Shown here: piece by piece, positions 1 through 8,577 of the stretch
How positions within the stretch are numbered: position 1 is the first letter of the stretch
Layout: the number at the start of each line of letters is the position of its first letter
DNA from: an uncultured Acidobacteriota bacterium
Lineage (GTDB): Bacteria; Acidobacteriota; Terriglobia; UBA7540
NCBI GenBank assembly: GCA_963810005.1
Contig: CAWELY010000011.1
Coordinates: forward strand, 122,458-186,457
Direction of reading: 5' to 3'
Length of the DNA: 64,000 nt
Position numbers and translations under genes: made by a program
Notes under the pieces: generated by a model
Databases searched by the model: none
What the model was told of the DNA's origin: nothing
The model's input: only the letters and a program-made list of their open reading frames with translations

Positions 1-152
1 CGTTCCTCCGGCGACAAACGGTTCTTTACGGCAGGTAGCCCCGTCCCTTCCACTACCGCAAGAACATATTCTTCCACGCTCATTCCGTTCGCCTGCGCCT
101 GGGCCAGTAGCCCGGCTTCAACCTCCGGCTTGAACTTCAGAGTCACCATCAT
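1..152 (-). CDS. small antitoxin-like protein, N-terminal part (gene runs off the window start)
   Basis: ATGATG at 152-147 preceded by GGAGAG. Translation MMVTLKFKPEVEAGLLAQAQANGMSVEEYVLAVVEG... looks like a short antitoxin-type protein and lies in a TA-rich region. Too short in the window for the ORF track. Confidence 0.3.
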   Translation of the reverse strand, partial: MMVTLKFKPEVEAGLLAQAQANGMSVEEYVLAVVEGTGLPAVKNRLSPEE

Positions 153-252
153 GGGTTCTCTCCATCCCTAAACCCTGATATTACCCTATCGCGAGAGGCC
201 GGGTTTGTCTACGGGAAATCACGTTGGGACACAGACATAAGAACTGGTCGCC

Positions 253-275
253 ACGGACAGTGCTTTCCTGTCCGT
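253..275. repeat. hairpin ACGGACAG-N7-CTGTCCGT (CACGGNCAG family)
   Basis: Perfect 8-bp stem read directly. Same stem design as 396-422, 1185-1211 and the 64-bp tandem units. Confidence 0.6.
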
Positions 276-391
276 AGGCTTTTCTCAGGCGCGATATCCC
301 AAGGGCAATCTTAGGTAATCAATCATGCTCAAAGGCCTTCAAGCACCCGCGACGGCAGCTACAATTGACCGGGAGTTTCGCATCGAGGGAG

Positions 392-472
392 AAGCCCACG
401 GACAGGAAAGCGCTGTGCGTGGCTAGCAGCTTGGGTCCGAGACATCAAACCCCATGTCTGCGCCGCCCGCGT
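392..472. repeat. two-module intergenic repeat (CACGGNCAG hairpin module plus GACATCAAACCCCATGTC module)
   Basis: Both modules recur at 1140-1214 with their order swapped. Module 441-472 matches 1140-1171 with two mismatches. Confidence 0.6.
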
Positions 473-527
473 GTGCGGTCACGATTTCCTTGTGGTTCAA
501 CAGAGCCCGAGGTAAGATATTCTTACT

Positions 528-935
528 ATGGAATTGAAGCTTTCTACGAAGGGCCAGATCGTTCTAGCCGGGGCCATTCGCCGCCGACTCGGCCTCCAAC
601 CCGGCGACTCGCTCGACGCCAAAGTGCAAGCCGGGCGCGTCGTGTTGACGCCGCGGAAAACGCGCTTCTCCAAGGCGACCCTGCGCGTTGACCCCCTAAC
701 CGGTCTCCCGGTTCTCAGCGCTGGGGTGGGCGCGCCGCGTTTCAGCAGCAAGCAGGTTCGCGGGATTTTGGCGGAATTTCCATTCGCATCTCCCCCGTTG
801 GGTCAAGACCGCGAAACAGACCACGGACGGCCACCTGGCGCAACTCGCCAGCGCCAACAGCGCAGTGCTGGCAACGCTGGACAGGGGGATTCCGCGAGCA
901 TTTCTGATCCCCGTACGAGGATTATAATGTCTTGA
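528..935 (+). CDS. AbrB/MazE/SpoVT-type (VapB-like) antitoxin; the ORF reads on into a degraded toxin region
   Basis: The N-terminus MELKLSTKGQIVLAGAIRRRLGLQPGDSLDAKVQAGRVVLTP is the SpoVT/AbrB swapped-hairpin motif. The antitoxin-like part ends near 780 and the rest of the ORF has no recognisable similarity. Confidence 0.6.
   Translation: MELKLSTKGQIVLAGAIRRRLGLQPGDSLDAKVQAGRVVLTPRKTRFSKATLRVDPLTGLPVLSAGVGAPRFSSKQVRGILAEFPFASPPLGQDRETDHGRPPGATRQRQQRSAGNAGQGDSASISDPRTRIIMS
814..927 (+). pseudogene. C-terminal remnant of a PIN-domain VapC toxin
   Basis: An alternative frame gives KQTTDGHLAQLASANSAVLATLDRGIPRAFLIPVRGL*. This is a typical VapC C-terminus (TD.HLA.LA...ATLDR.F). No N-terminal PIN part is present. 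Confidence 0.45.
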
Positions 936-1139
936 TAGGGGGAGCGGGCTCCCCTTCCACTGCCCCCGCACTCTCGGCCCGTATCCGGGCCTTTCTGACC
1001 TCGGACTCCGGTCTTGTTCTGCTCTTGAATTTTGAATCTGCCATCCGCAATCCCCCAGCCCCTAACCCCTAAGCCCTGCTCTTCTCGGCTGCCGTGCACC
1101 CTTGGGCGCGAGAGGTCGCAACGCGGGGCTTGTGACGCA

Positions 1140-1214
1140 GACATCAAACCCCATGTCCGCGCCACCCGCGGGCATGAGAAAAGCCCACGGTCAGGACTGC
1201 GCTGACCGTGGCTA
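1140..1214. repeat. second copy of the two-module repeat (order inverted relative to 392-472)
   Basis: GACATCAAACCCCATGTCCGCGCCACCCGCG, followed by AAGCCCACGGTCAGGACTGCGCTGACCGTGGCTA containing a perfect 10-bp stem. Confidence 0.6.
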
Positions 1215-1519
1215 CGCCGCTTTCAATCGCTTCGGAGGCCGATCCGGCAGCGACCAAAATTCGCTTGATTTCCGCCCGCCAAGCCACACCAACTGCGATT
1301 CGCCATTACGGGGAGAGTCTTTGAAGGACCAGCTATCGGAAGACGACAGGATTCCAGCGGAGATCGGCTTCCGGAAAGGGGTCCGGGGTTTTCACCACAT
1401 TCCGCCTGACGCTACTTGCTCTTAGCGCCACACCGGAGGTGGGGAATAAATCACCACCACCGGCGTGGCGCCATTTCGACTCTGTCCGCCGCGATATCCT
1501 CCCCTGTTTGGGCCCAGGT

Positions 1520-2147
1520 TCAGAGCACGTCAGTGATAGGTGTATTCACGGTAATGCGCTTCGCTTTGACTTGGCCGGTGAGGTGGACGAGGTTGTTGCC
1601 GCTTGGGTCGTACTGGTCAAGCGTAAATGTCCCCACATAGCTGTTGTGGTCGGGGCTCAGGGTGATCACTTCGCGGATATTGCCAGGCCCCAGCAAAGTC
1701 TCGTCGGGGTTCCAACTTATCGTGAAATGATTGAGTTTGTACTGGGATGGACTGGTTTTCTCCCACACTCCCAGGCAGAAGCTTTGGGTGGCAGGCGCCC
1801 GCGATGAATTGAGGATTTCTGTTCCATCGCTGTGCCACTGGGAAAATCCCGCATCGAGCACCGTGCCGTCGGGTATGCCAGCATTACCCTCGGAGATGAG
1901 GTCCACCCTCCAGAAACCCACGATCATATCTTGGTCGGGCGTCTGGCGATGCTTCCGTATCGCCGTAAGCGGCTAACTTGAACAACGCTGGACTAAACTC
2001 ACCGGTCCAGGACTGGTTTCGCAGCTTAGATGCGCCCCGTTTGGACACGCCCACATTCATGCATTGGGCATTCGCCAACGAGGCGAAAACTGTCGCGAGG
2101 ATAGCTACTCCGAGGGTCGCCTTCAACGCTCCGAACATTGTTTTCAT
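1520..2147 (-). pseudogene. secreted hypothetical protein, one frameshift near 1930-1960
   Basis: AAGGAGA then ATG at 2147. Signal peptide MKTMFGALKATLGVAILATVFASLANA (ORF 1884-2204) continues in ORF 1520-1927 after a 1-nt shift (..TPDQDMIVGFWRVDLISEGNAG..). Confidence 0.5.
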
Positions 2148-2457
2148 AAGATTCTCCTTTTTTGTTGGCCTGGATCTCTCCTGTTGGCATTCCCGAATCA
2201 ACACGGGATGGCATGCTGGGAACAGGATTGCATCTCCTGGCCTCTATTCAAATTCGCGGCGGTCATTCATTCGGGTCTGTCCTGCTCCCGTTGCCTGGCT
2301 CGCTCGCGTGGGGTGGACTATGAGCCGATTGAGAAAGTGCTTCAGCGGAATCGATTATCCCCACGCAATTTCCTCTAAACAGGTGAGTTAGGGCCAAATA
2401 TCCCCCAGCAGGATTTCGTATTGATTCTGAAATCATGGAGTGTTAGATTTAGTTGGA

Positions 2458-4397
2458 ATGGGTGGTCGCCCCTCCGTGGAACAAGTCAGCAGCTCGGTAG
2501 AGGTCATCCGGTTCGGTGTCTTTGAGGCGGATACTCGCACGGGCGAGCTGCGCAAGCACGGCCTGCGAATCAAGCTTCAGGAACAGCCGTTTCAGGTTCT
2601 GTCCCTGCTACTCGCCCGGCCGGGCGAACTGGTCACACGCGAGGAGCTGCCGAAGCTCTGGCCTGCGGACACTTTCGTGGACTTCGAGCAGGGCCTGAAC
2701 AAAGCCATCAATAAACTACGAGAAGCCCTCTGCGACGACCGGGAGACGCCGCGCTATATCGAAACCTTGCCGCGACGTGGCTATCGCTTTATCGGCCCGG
2801 CTATCAGCGCCCAGCCGCCATCGGAGCCAGGTGGCCCCCCGGCGGTGTTGGTGGCTCAGCCTGATCCCGTTGTAACCGACAAGCCTTGGACGGCCCGCTG
2901 GAAGACGCCCGCCATATTCCTTTTGCTGGGGGTGCTGGCCCTCGTAGTTTCGGCGCTCTGGTATAGCTTGACCCGCAGGCAGGTTTCTCCGGCCGCGGCT
3001 ACGGCCCCCGCGGCGCCGATCCGCTCGCTGGCCGTCCTGCCGCTCCAGAATCTATCCGGCGATAATGACCAGGAGTACTTCGCGGAAGGAATGACCGAAG
3101 AACTAATCACCGACCTCGGACAGATGAGCGCCTTGCGCGTGATCTCCCGTACCTCCGTCATGCAGTACAAGGGAACCGCCAAGACGCTGCCGCAAATCGG
3201 GCGGGAACTGGGCGCCGACGCCATCGTGGAGGGCGCCGTTTTCCGCTCGGGCAGCCGGGTGCGCATCACCGCCCAACTGATCGATGCCCGAACCGACCAC
3301 CACCTCTGGGCGCATGCGTACGAGCGCGACCTGCGGGATGTGCTGATTTTGCAGGACGAAGTGGCGCGCGATATCGCGAATGGAATTCGATTCGAGCTGA
3401 CGCCCCAGGAGCGAGCGCGCCTGACGGGTTCTCACCCTGTCAACCCGGAGGCGCACGAAGCCTACCTCAAGGGCCGCTATTACTGGAATCAGTTCACCGA
3501 GGCAGATGTGAGGAAGAGTCTCGGATTCTTCCAGCAAGCGATCGAAAAGGACCCGAACTATGCCCTGGGCTATTCCGGCTTGGCCGATTACTACGATGTG
3601 ATGTACGGCGGCATGAGCGCGCTGCCTCGTAACGAAGCGTGTTCGAAAGCGGAGCCTGCCGCGCTCAAAGCCGTCGAGCTTGACGATTCGCTTGCCGAAA
3701 CTCACACCGCTTGGGTTCCAGGTCCGATTTTTCTGCGACTGGGATTGGCAGGGCGCCGAGAGCGAATTCAAACGGGCCATCCAGCTCAATCCGAGCTATT
3801 CTTTGGCGCACCGCATTTACGCCACCTTTTGACATGCTAGCGGCCGAGCAGGGGAAGCCATGGGCGAAATAGATCGGGCGGTGGAAAACGATCCGATGTC
3901 GGCCGACCTTTACTTTGCGCTCGGAAGGCGCTATTACGAGACGCGGCAATACGACCAAGCTCTCCAGCAATACCAGAAGGCGCTCGAAATGGATCCGAAG
4001 CGGGCTAATCCTCACTACGGCTTCGGTGATGTATACGCCCAGCAGGGGCGGTATAACCTGGCGATCCGGGAGTTTCGGAAGGGCCTCGAGCTTTCCGGCA
4101 GGGAGCCTGCGGCGTCACCCGAGCTGGGCTATGTGTATGCCCTCGCAGGGAGACGACCGGAGGCGCTGGAGATACTAAAGCAATTGAACGAGATGTCCAA
4201 ACATCGGCCGGTCTCGGCACTCGATCGGGCGTTTGTTTATATAGGTTTGGGTAATAAAGAGCAAGCCCTCGCGTTACTCGACAAGGCGTATGAGCAGCAC
4301 GAGTTGGGGATGATTTATTCTGAAATCGGAGCCGCGGTACGATCCCCTCCGCTCGGATCCGCGCTTCCAGGATTTAATGCGGCGTGTGGGTCTCTGA
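2458..4397 (+). pseudogene. CadC/OmpR-type winged-helix transcriptional regulator with TM segment, TolB-like region and TPR repeats; two frameshifts and one in-frame TGA
   Basis: N-terminus VIRFGVFEADTRTGELRKHGLRIKLQEQPFQVLSLLL..LWPADTFVDFEQGLNKAINKLREAL, followed by a TM helix. The TPR part continues through ORF 3860-4459. Frame breaks lie near 3715 and 4320, with a TGA at 3829-3831 (YATF*). The restored C-terminus is EPRYDPLRSDPRFQDLMRRVGL*. Confidence 0.75.
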
Positions 4398-4485
4398 GCT
4401 GGGGCCCGGGGCCCGACAGCAGGGATAGATGCTCCTACAGGCGCAGAGCCGGTTGTTGAATGCTCGGGAAGCAGCGGGCACCGCG

Positions 4486-4744
4486 GAGGTGGGCGTACTT
4501 GGCCCTCCTCCGCGGCACTGGATCGGGAAATGACCGCTGGGGGACGCGGGTGCAAGGCCTGTCTTTGGGAGTGCGGCGACTCGTCGCCGCTTTTGCTCGC
4601 CGCGACTCGTCGCGGCGAACCTTTGCACCGGTGACGAGTCACCGGCGGCAAAAAGCGGGACCGAGTTCCCGCACTCCGAAAGCGACGCCACCGGTCAGAG
4701 CACCCGCGTTTGATGGCCATGCGAAAGCCGCTACGGACACGGGG
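4486..4744. repeat. 259-bp composite structured repeat, copy A
   Basis: Collinear with 6667-6925 at a constant offset of 2181 nt, with no indels and few mismatches. It holds internal palindromes (GGCGACTCGTCGCC, GGTGACGAGTCACC) and an outer complementary pair ACGCGGGTGC / GCACCCGCGT. Confidence 0.85.
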
Positions 4745-4804
4745 CGAATAGACGAGCCGAAGACGAAGGCAAACAACGCCTACATCTGCGTTACCCCCTC
4801 TTAG

Positions 4805-5131
4805 TCAGGCAGTCGCTCGACGGCAGGAGGGGACGAAGACAATCTTCACCTCTCGGCCTAAGGCTGTGGCGATTCGCCGGAGCATCGAAAGGGAATGCCC
4901 TTCGTAATCAGCATCCTCAAGGCGGCAAATGACGGAAGCGGTGGTTCCCACCTTGGCGGCGAGTTGGCGTTGGCTAAGACCCGAGCGGCTGCGGAGCTTG
5001 TAGATCTGGCTGGCGACATCCGCCGCGGAGAGATCGTCCTCGAACGCCGCACGTAACTCCTGGTCCGCGCCCACGTAACGGCCATACGCAAACTGCAAAG
5101 CTGGTGAGTTGAATTGCCGCTTCTTTTTCAT
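4805..5131 (-). CDS. higA: XRE-family HTH antitoxin (HigA-like)
   Basis: 108-aa ORF with an HTH region (LRSRSGLSQRQLAAKVGTTASVICRLED). It starts 3 nt after the stop of the upstream RelE/HigB-like gene. Confidence 0.75.
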   Translation of the reverse strand: MKKKRQFNSPALQFAYGRYVGADQELRAAFEDDLSAADVASQIYKLRSRSGLSQRQLAAKVGTTASVICRLEDADYEGHSLSMLRRIATALGREVKIVFVPSCRRATA

Positions 5132-5134
5132 CTG

Positions 5135-5509
5135 TTACCTCCCTGGCTTAAAGGTGTGAGCAGCCGGATTCAGCTCGAAAGTGGACTTGGCTCGGATAGC
5201 CTTGTCGATCTCCTGTTTGGGCACTTCCCGTTCCTTCGCCAGACCGTGCGTCACAACTACGGCTTTCCCTCCATGAAAAAAGTACAGCATCCGGTAGTGA
5301 ACTCCCTGGTAGCTCGCCCGCAACTCGTAGATTCCATCGCGGAGGAAATCCGCCTCGGGACGCCGAAGTTCGTGCCCCAAGTCCTCCAGCCGCTTGAGCC
5401 GCACCAGGCATTTAACCCGCGCCTTGGGCGAAAGGGCATCCAGCCACTCGATCAGCCATGGCATTTTGCCCCGCGCGTCCTGGTAGAAGATAAGCTCAAC
5501 TGCCGGCAT
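5135..5509 (-). CDS. higB: RelE/ParE-superfamily toxin (HigB / Gp49-like)
   Basis: Internal ATG at 5509 gives MPAVELIFYQDARGKMPWLIEWLDALSPKARVKCLVRLKRLEDLGHELRRPEADFLRDGIYELR..HYRMLYFFHGGKAVVVTHGLAKE. The toxin-first gene order is typical of HigBA. Confidence 0.75.
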   Translation of the reverse strand: MPAVELIFYQDARGKMPWLIEWLDALSPKARVKCLVRLKRLEDLGHELRRPEADFLRDGIYELRASYQGVHYRMLYFFHGGKAVVVTHGLAKEREVPKQEIDKAIRAKSTFELNPAAHTFKPGR

Positions 5510-5614
5510 ATCAACCCCGGCGATGTTCGCATAATTGCGAACGAAAGTCAACCCGGCCTTTCGCCGCCCAAAAAGAAAAGATTCACCACAGAGGTGCAGA
5601 GAGCACGGACCAAG

Positions 5615-5820
5615 CGGCGCCACTAAATCGGGAAATGACCGCTGGGGGACGCGGGTGCAGGGCCTATCATGGGCGGGATGGGGTGTGGCACCGGCACTCT
5701 TGCCTGTGTCCAATGTGTGGAAGGCATCCGCCTTGGGCACAGGCAAGAGTGCCTGTGCCACCACGCTACCGACAGAGCCCCGCGTTTGATGGCCAGGCGA
5801 AAGCCGCTCCGTACACGGGG
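5615..5820. repeat. composite repeat, copy B (same flanks as A/C, different hairpin core)
   Basis: Shares ATCGGGAAATGACCGCTGGGGGACGCGGGTGCA.GGCCT and CCCGCGTTTGATGGCCA.GCGAAAGCCGCT..ACACGGGG with copies A and C. The core is replaced by the inverted repeat GGCACTCTTGCCTGTG / CACAGGCAAGAGTGCC. Confidence 0.7.
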
Positions 5821-5921
5821 CCGGATGACGAGCCGCGGACGACGTTGGGCCGAACGGCGTTCGGCCATGGCCCAGCGCCTCTGGGCCCTACGCGGCGGGT
5901 TGCGGTTCTGCCGCGTACCGG

Positions 5922-6350
5922 CTATGGGGCAAGCAGGCCCTCTGCTTTCGCCAGTTTTCTTTGTTTCTCGTCGAACGTGTAGAAAGTCTCAGTACGCAGG
6001 ACCAAAGCGGAGGCGACATGCAAGACCTCGAGGGAACGTGTGCCCAGGCGCCGAGTGTGCTTTTCCGCCAGGCGTCTGGCCTCATCAAATGCCCCCGGGG
6101 GTAAAGGGCGAAGCACAATGACCCCGTTCGCCATATCCTCCCGGAAGAGTTTTTGCGCAGCCTTCACTTTGGAATGATCAAGCTCTTTCCGAAAAAGCCG
6201 GAGCTGGAAGGCATTGGTGATCTCGATCTCGCCCAGGGGGCTCAGCGAGAGCGGCAGGGCGGCACGTTTCATCTGTGCCGCCGCGAGGGCGGAGTTCCCG
6301 TCGAGAACGTAAAGGGAGACGAGGAAACTTGTATCGGCGTAGGCGCTCAA
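5922..6350 (-). CDS. vapC: PIN-domain ribonuclease toxin VapC
   Basis: 142-aa ORF. MSAYADTSFLVSLYVLD.. carries the N-terminal acidic PIN motif, and the C-terminus is TFYTFDEKQRKLA. It overlaps the upstream antitoxin by 4 nt. Confidence 0.85.
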   Translation of the reverse strand: MSAYADTSFLVSLYVLDGNSALAAAQMKRAALPLSLSPLGEIEITNAFQLRLFRKELDHSKVKAAQKLFREDMANGVIVLRPLPPGAFDEARRLAEKHTRRLGTRSLEVLHVASALVLRTETFYTFDEKQRKLAKAEGLLAP

Positions 6351-6598
6351 GATCTGCCACGCTCGCGGGCAATAAGCTCAGCTCCAGAAACCTTGAGGGG
6401 TGTCTTCCCATATACCGCCTGCAAGCGATTGAGAAAATCCGGCCGTCGCGGAGGAGGCGCAGGCGGGCAGGGCATGAGCTTCGCAATCACCCGCCTCCGT
6501 TTGGTAATCTGAATTTCCTCACCCTCCCGAAGCAGGTTCTCGACCTCCCGAAAACGATAGCGCAGATCGCGCACGGTGGCTTTTTTCATGTGATGCAT
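6347..6598 (-). CDS. Phd/YefM-type antitoxin paired with VapC
   Basis: MHHMKKATVRDLRYRFREVENLLREGEEIQITKRRRVIAKLMP. Only the last 83 codons of track ORF 6347-6901 are used, because the upstream part of that ORF is repeat copy C. Confidence 0.7.
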   Translation of the reverse strand: MHHMKKATVRDLRYRFREVENLLREGEEIQITKRRRVIAKLMPCPPAPPPRRPDFLNRLQAVYGKTPLKVSGAELIARERGRS

Positions 6599-6666
6599 TA
6601 TAGCATCACAACCGGTCACAGATAAGTTTTCTTTTGTAAACACCCTTGCGGCGCAGAGCAGGTGGC

Positions 6667-6925
6667 GAGGTGGGCGTACTTGGCCCTCCTCCGCGGCACT
6701 GGATCGGGAAATGACCGCTGGGGGACGCGGGTGCAAGGCCTGTCTTTGGGAGTGCGGCGACTCGTCGCCGCTTTTGCTCGCCGCGACTCGTCGCGGCGAA
6801 CCTTTGCACCGGTGACGAGTCACCGGCTGCAAAAAGCGGGACCGAGTTCCCGCACTCCGAAAGCGACGCCACCGATCAGAGCACTGGCGTTGGAGGGCCA
6901 TGCGAAGGCCGCTACGGACACGGGG
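6667..6925. repeat. 259-bp composite structured repeat, copy C
   Basis: Near-identical to 4486-4744, diverging only in the last ~60 nt. Confidence 0.85.
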
Positions 6926-6975
6926 CCAGGTGACGAGCCGGGGAGGACGCCAAAGTACGTCCGCCTCCGCGCTGC

Positions 6976-7569
6976 CTACTGCCTACTGCCTTCTACCAAT
7001 CGTTCGTAAGCTGCCGGGTCGTCCACATCGAGGAGAATGCCGGGGTCGGTGACTTCCACAAATTGTGTCGCGTTGCGATATTTGCGGATGACCGTGTTGG
7101 CGGGTTCTTCGGGAGGGAGCGCCAGCAGCTCGGGAAACAAACTCTGGCGGATGACCACGGGGTGGCCGCGCTCGCCTTTATAGGTGGGAATCAGGACCGG
7201 CGGGCGAGTCGATTCGAAACTCTCACTTAATTTCGTAATAACTTCGCTGGAGATGGCGGGATGGTCGACAAGGCAGAGAATTACGGCTTCCGGCAAATCG
7301 GTGGCCACCGCCGCCAGCCCCCGTTGCAGTGAAGATGTTTGACCGCGCTGGTAATGGTGGTTGACCACGACGCGCACGGCCTCGAGGTTCACCGCGCCTC
7401 GGATGGTTTCCGCGTGATGGCCCAACACCACCGTGACCTTCGCGACCCCGGCGGCGCCAAGCGCATCAATAATGTTTTCCAGGAAGGTGCGCCCGTGGTA
7501 GGCGAGCAGGGCCTTGTCGCGCCCCATGCGCCGGGACTGGCCCGCGGCGAGAATCAGGCCGGCCATCAT
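6976..7569 (-). CDS. MobA/MocA-like nucleotidyltransferase (molybdenum cofactor cytidylyltransferase family)
   Basis: Starts at ATGATG 7569: MMAGLILAAGQSRRMGRDKALL... carries the LAAGxSxRMG motif. The start overlaps the xdhC stop (ATGA). Confidence 0.75.
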   Translation of the reverse strand: MMAGLILAAGQSRRMGRDKALLAYHGRTFLENIIDALGAAGVAKVTVVLGHHAETIRGAVNLEAVRVVVNHHYQRGQTSSLQRGLAAVATDLPEAVILCLVDHPAISSEVITKLSESFESTRPPVLIPTYKGERGHPVVIRQSLFPELLALPPEEPANTVIRKYRNATQFVEVTDPGILLDVDDPAAYERLVEGSRQ

Positions 7570-8387
7570 GGGGTGTGCTGGACTTTCGGTTTGTACGCCA
7601 GGGAGGGAACGTTGGGCGCGGTGTTGCGCCGCACCGCAATCATCTCCGCCACGATGGCCACCGCGATTTCTTCTGGCGTGAGCGCGCCGATATCGAGCCC
7701 GATCGGCGAATGCACGCGCTCGATGCGCTCCGCCGGCACGCCTTCGCGCTCCAGGACCTTGCAAATCTCGATGAACTTGCGCTTGCTGCCGATCATCCCG
7801 AGGTAGCGCGCCGGCGTGGTGACGGCCCAGCGCAGACAATCGAGGTCGCCTTTGTGGCCGCGCGTTACCAGGACCAGGTAGGAGTGGTCGTTCACGTTGA
7901 TCTTGGGGAATACCTCTTCCCACGGCCCGGCGAAGGTCTCGGAGGCTTCGGGAAAGCGTTCTTTGTTGGCAAAGGCTTCGCGATCGTCAGCCACCACCAC
8001 GTCAAAACCCGCAATTTTCGCCACTTTTGCCACCTGCAGGCCCACGTGCCCGCCGCCCAGAATGAACGCCGTGGGCGTGGCCAGAATGGGCTCAACGAAA
8101 ATGTCGAGCGAGCCGCCGCAGATCAGCCCGTTGTCATACTCGGGGTTGGCGTTCAGATTGAAGTGCAGGCGCCGGGGCTTCTCCTCGCGCATCACCTCCT
8201 GCGCCACCGACCACACTTCCGCTTCCACGCAGCCGCCGCCCACCGTGCCGGCAATCGAGCCATCGTCGCGAATCAGAATCTTGGAGCTTTCGTGGCTGGG
8301 GATCGATCCCTGCACCTCGACAATGGTGGCCAGCGCGCCCTTGCGCCCCGCCTTCCGCAGCCGAACGATTTCTTCAAAAATGTCCAT
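7566..8387 (-). CDS. xdhC: XdhC/CoxI-family molybdoenzyme maturation protein
   Basis: 273-aa intact ORF. GALATIVEVQGSIPSHESSKILIRDDGSIAGTVGGGCVE plus a Rossmann-like part FILGGGHVG..VVVADDRE. Confidence 0.85.
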   Translation of the reverse strand: MDIFEEIVRLRKAGRKGALATIVEVQGSIPSHESSKILIRDDGSIAGTVGGGCVEAEVWSVAQEVMREEKPRRLHFNLNANPEYDNGLICGGSLDIFVEPILATPTAFILGGGHVGLQVAKVAKIAGFDVVVADDREAFANKERFPEASETFAGPWEEVFPKINVNDHSYLVLVTRGHKGDLDCLRWAVTTPARYLGMIGSKRKFIEICKVLEREGVPAERIERVHSPIGLDIGALTPEEIAVAIVAEMIAVRRNTAPNVPSLAYKPKVQHTP

Positions 8388-8577
8388 GCCCGAATCCTAG
8401 ATTATGCGCCGCGTGCGGCAATGTCAACGCGCAGTCCGCAGGGGACGAACCCGAAGTTTCTATCCGCCGGTGCGCGTAAAGAGTAAAATCCAGGTTTGGA
8501 AGGGCGGCGCTACACCTGCTCCAACTCGAATTTGGATGCTGGCAGTTGAAACCGGTCAGAAGGGAAGGGAACACATC

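Noticed and set aside
1260-1425. Possible C-terminal remnant of an antitoxin (..LSEDDRIPAEIGFRKGVRGFHHIPPDA*)
   Set aside because: Only a short tail resembles motifs I recall from small antitoxin-like proteins. There is no N-terminal part or start, and the upstream sequence is repeat. This is too weak to annotate.
4274-4720. ORFs overlapping repeat copies A, B and C (for example 4274-4720, 4460-4804, 5635-6121, and 6606-7009 on both strands)
   Set aside because: They are translations of the composite repeat. The same peptides recur wherever the repeat occurs.
4486-6925. Integron cassette array with attC sites between TA cassettes
   Set aside because: No intI-like gene is in the window. The repeats are much longer than typical attC sites, and I could not find the RYYYAAC / GTTRRRY core sites at their ends. 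I keep this only as an analogy in the finding.
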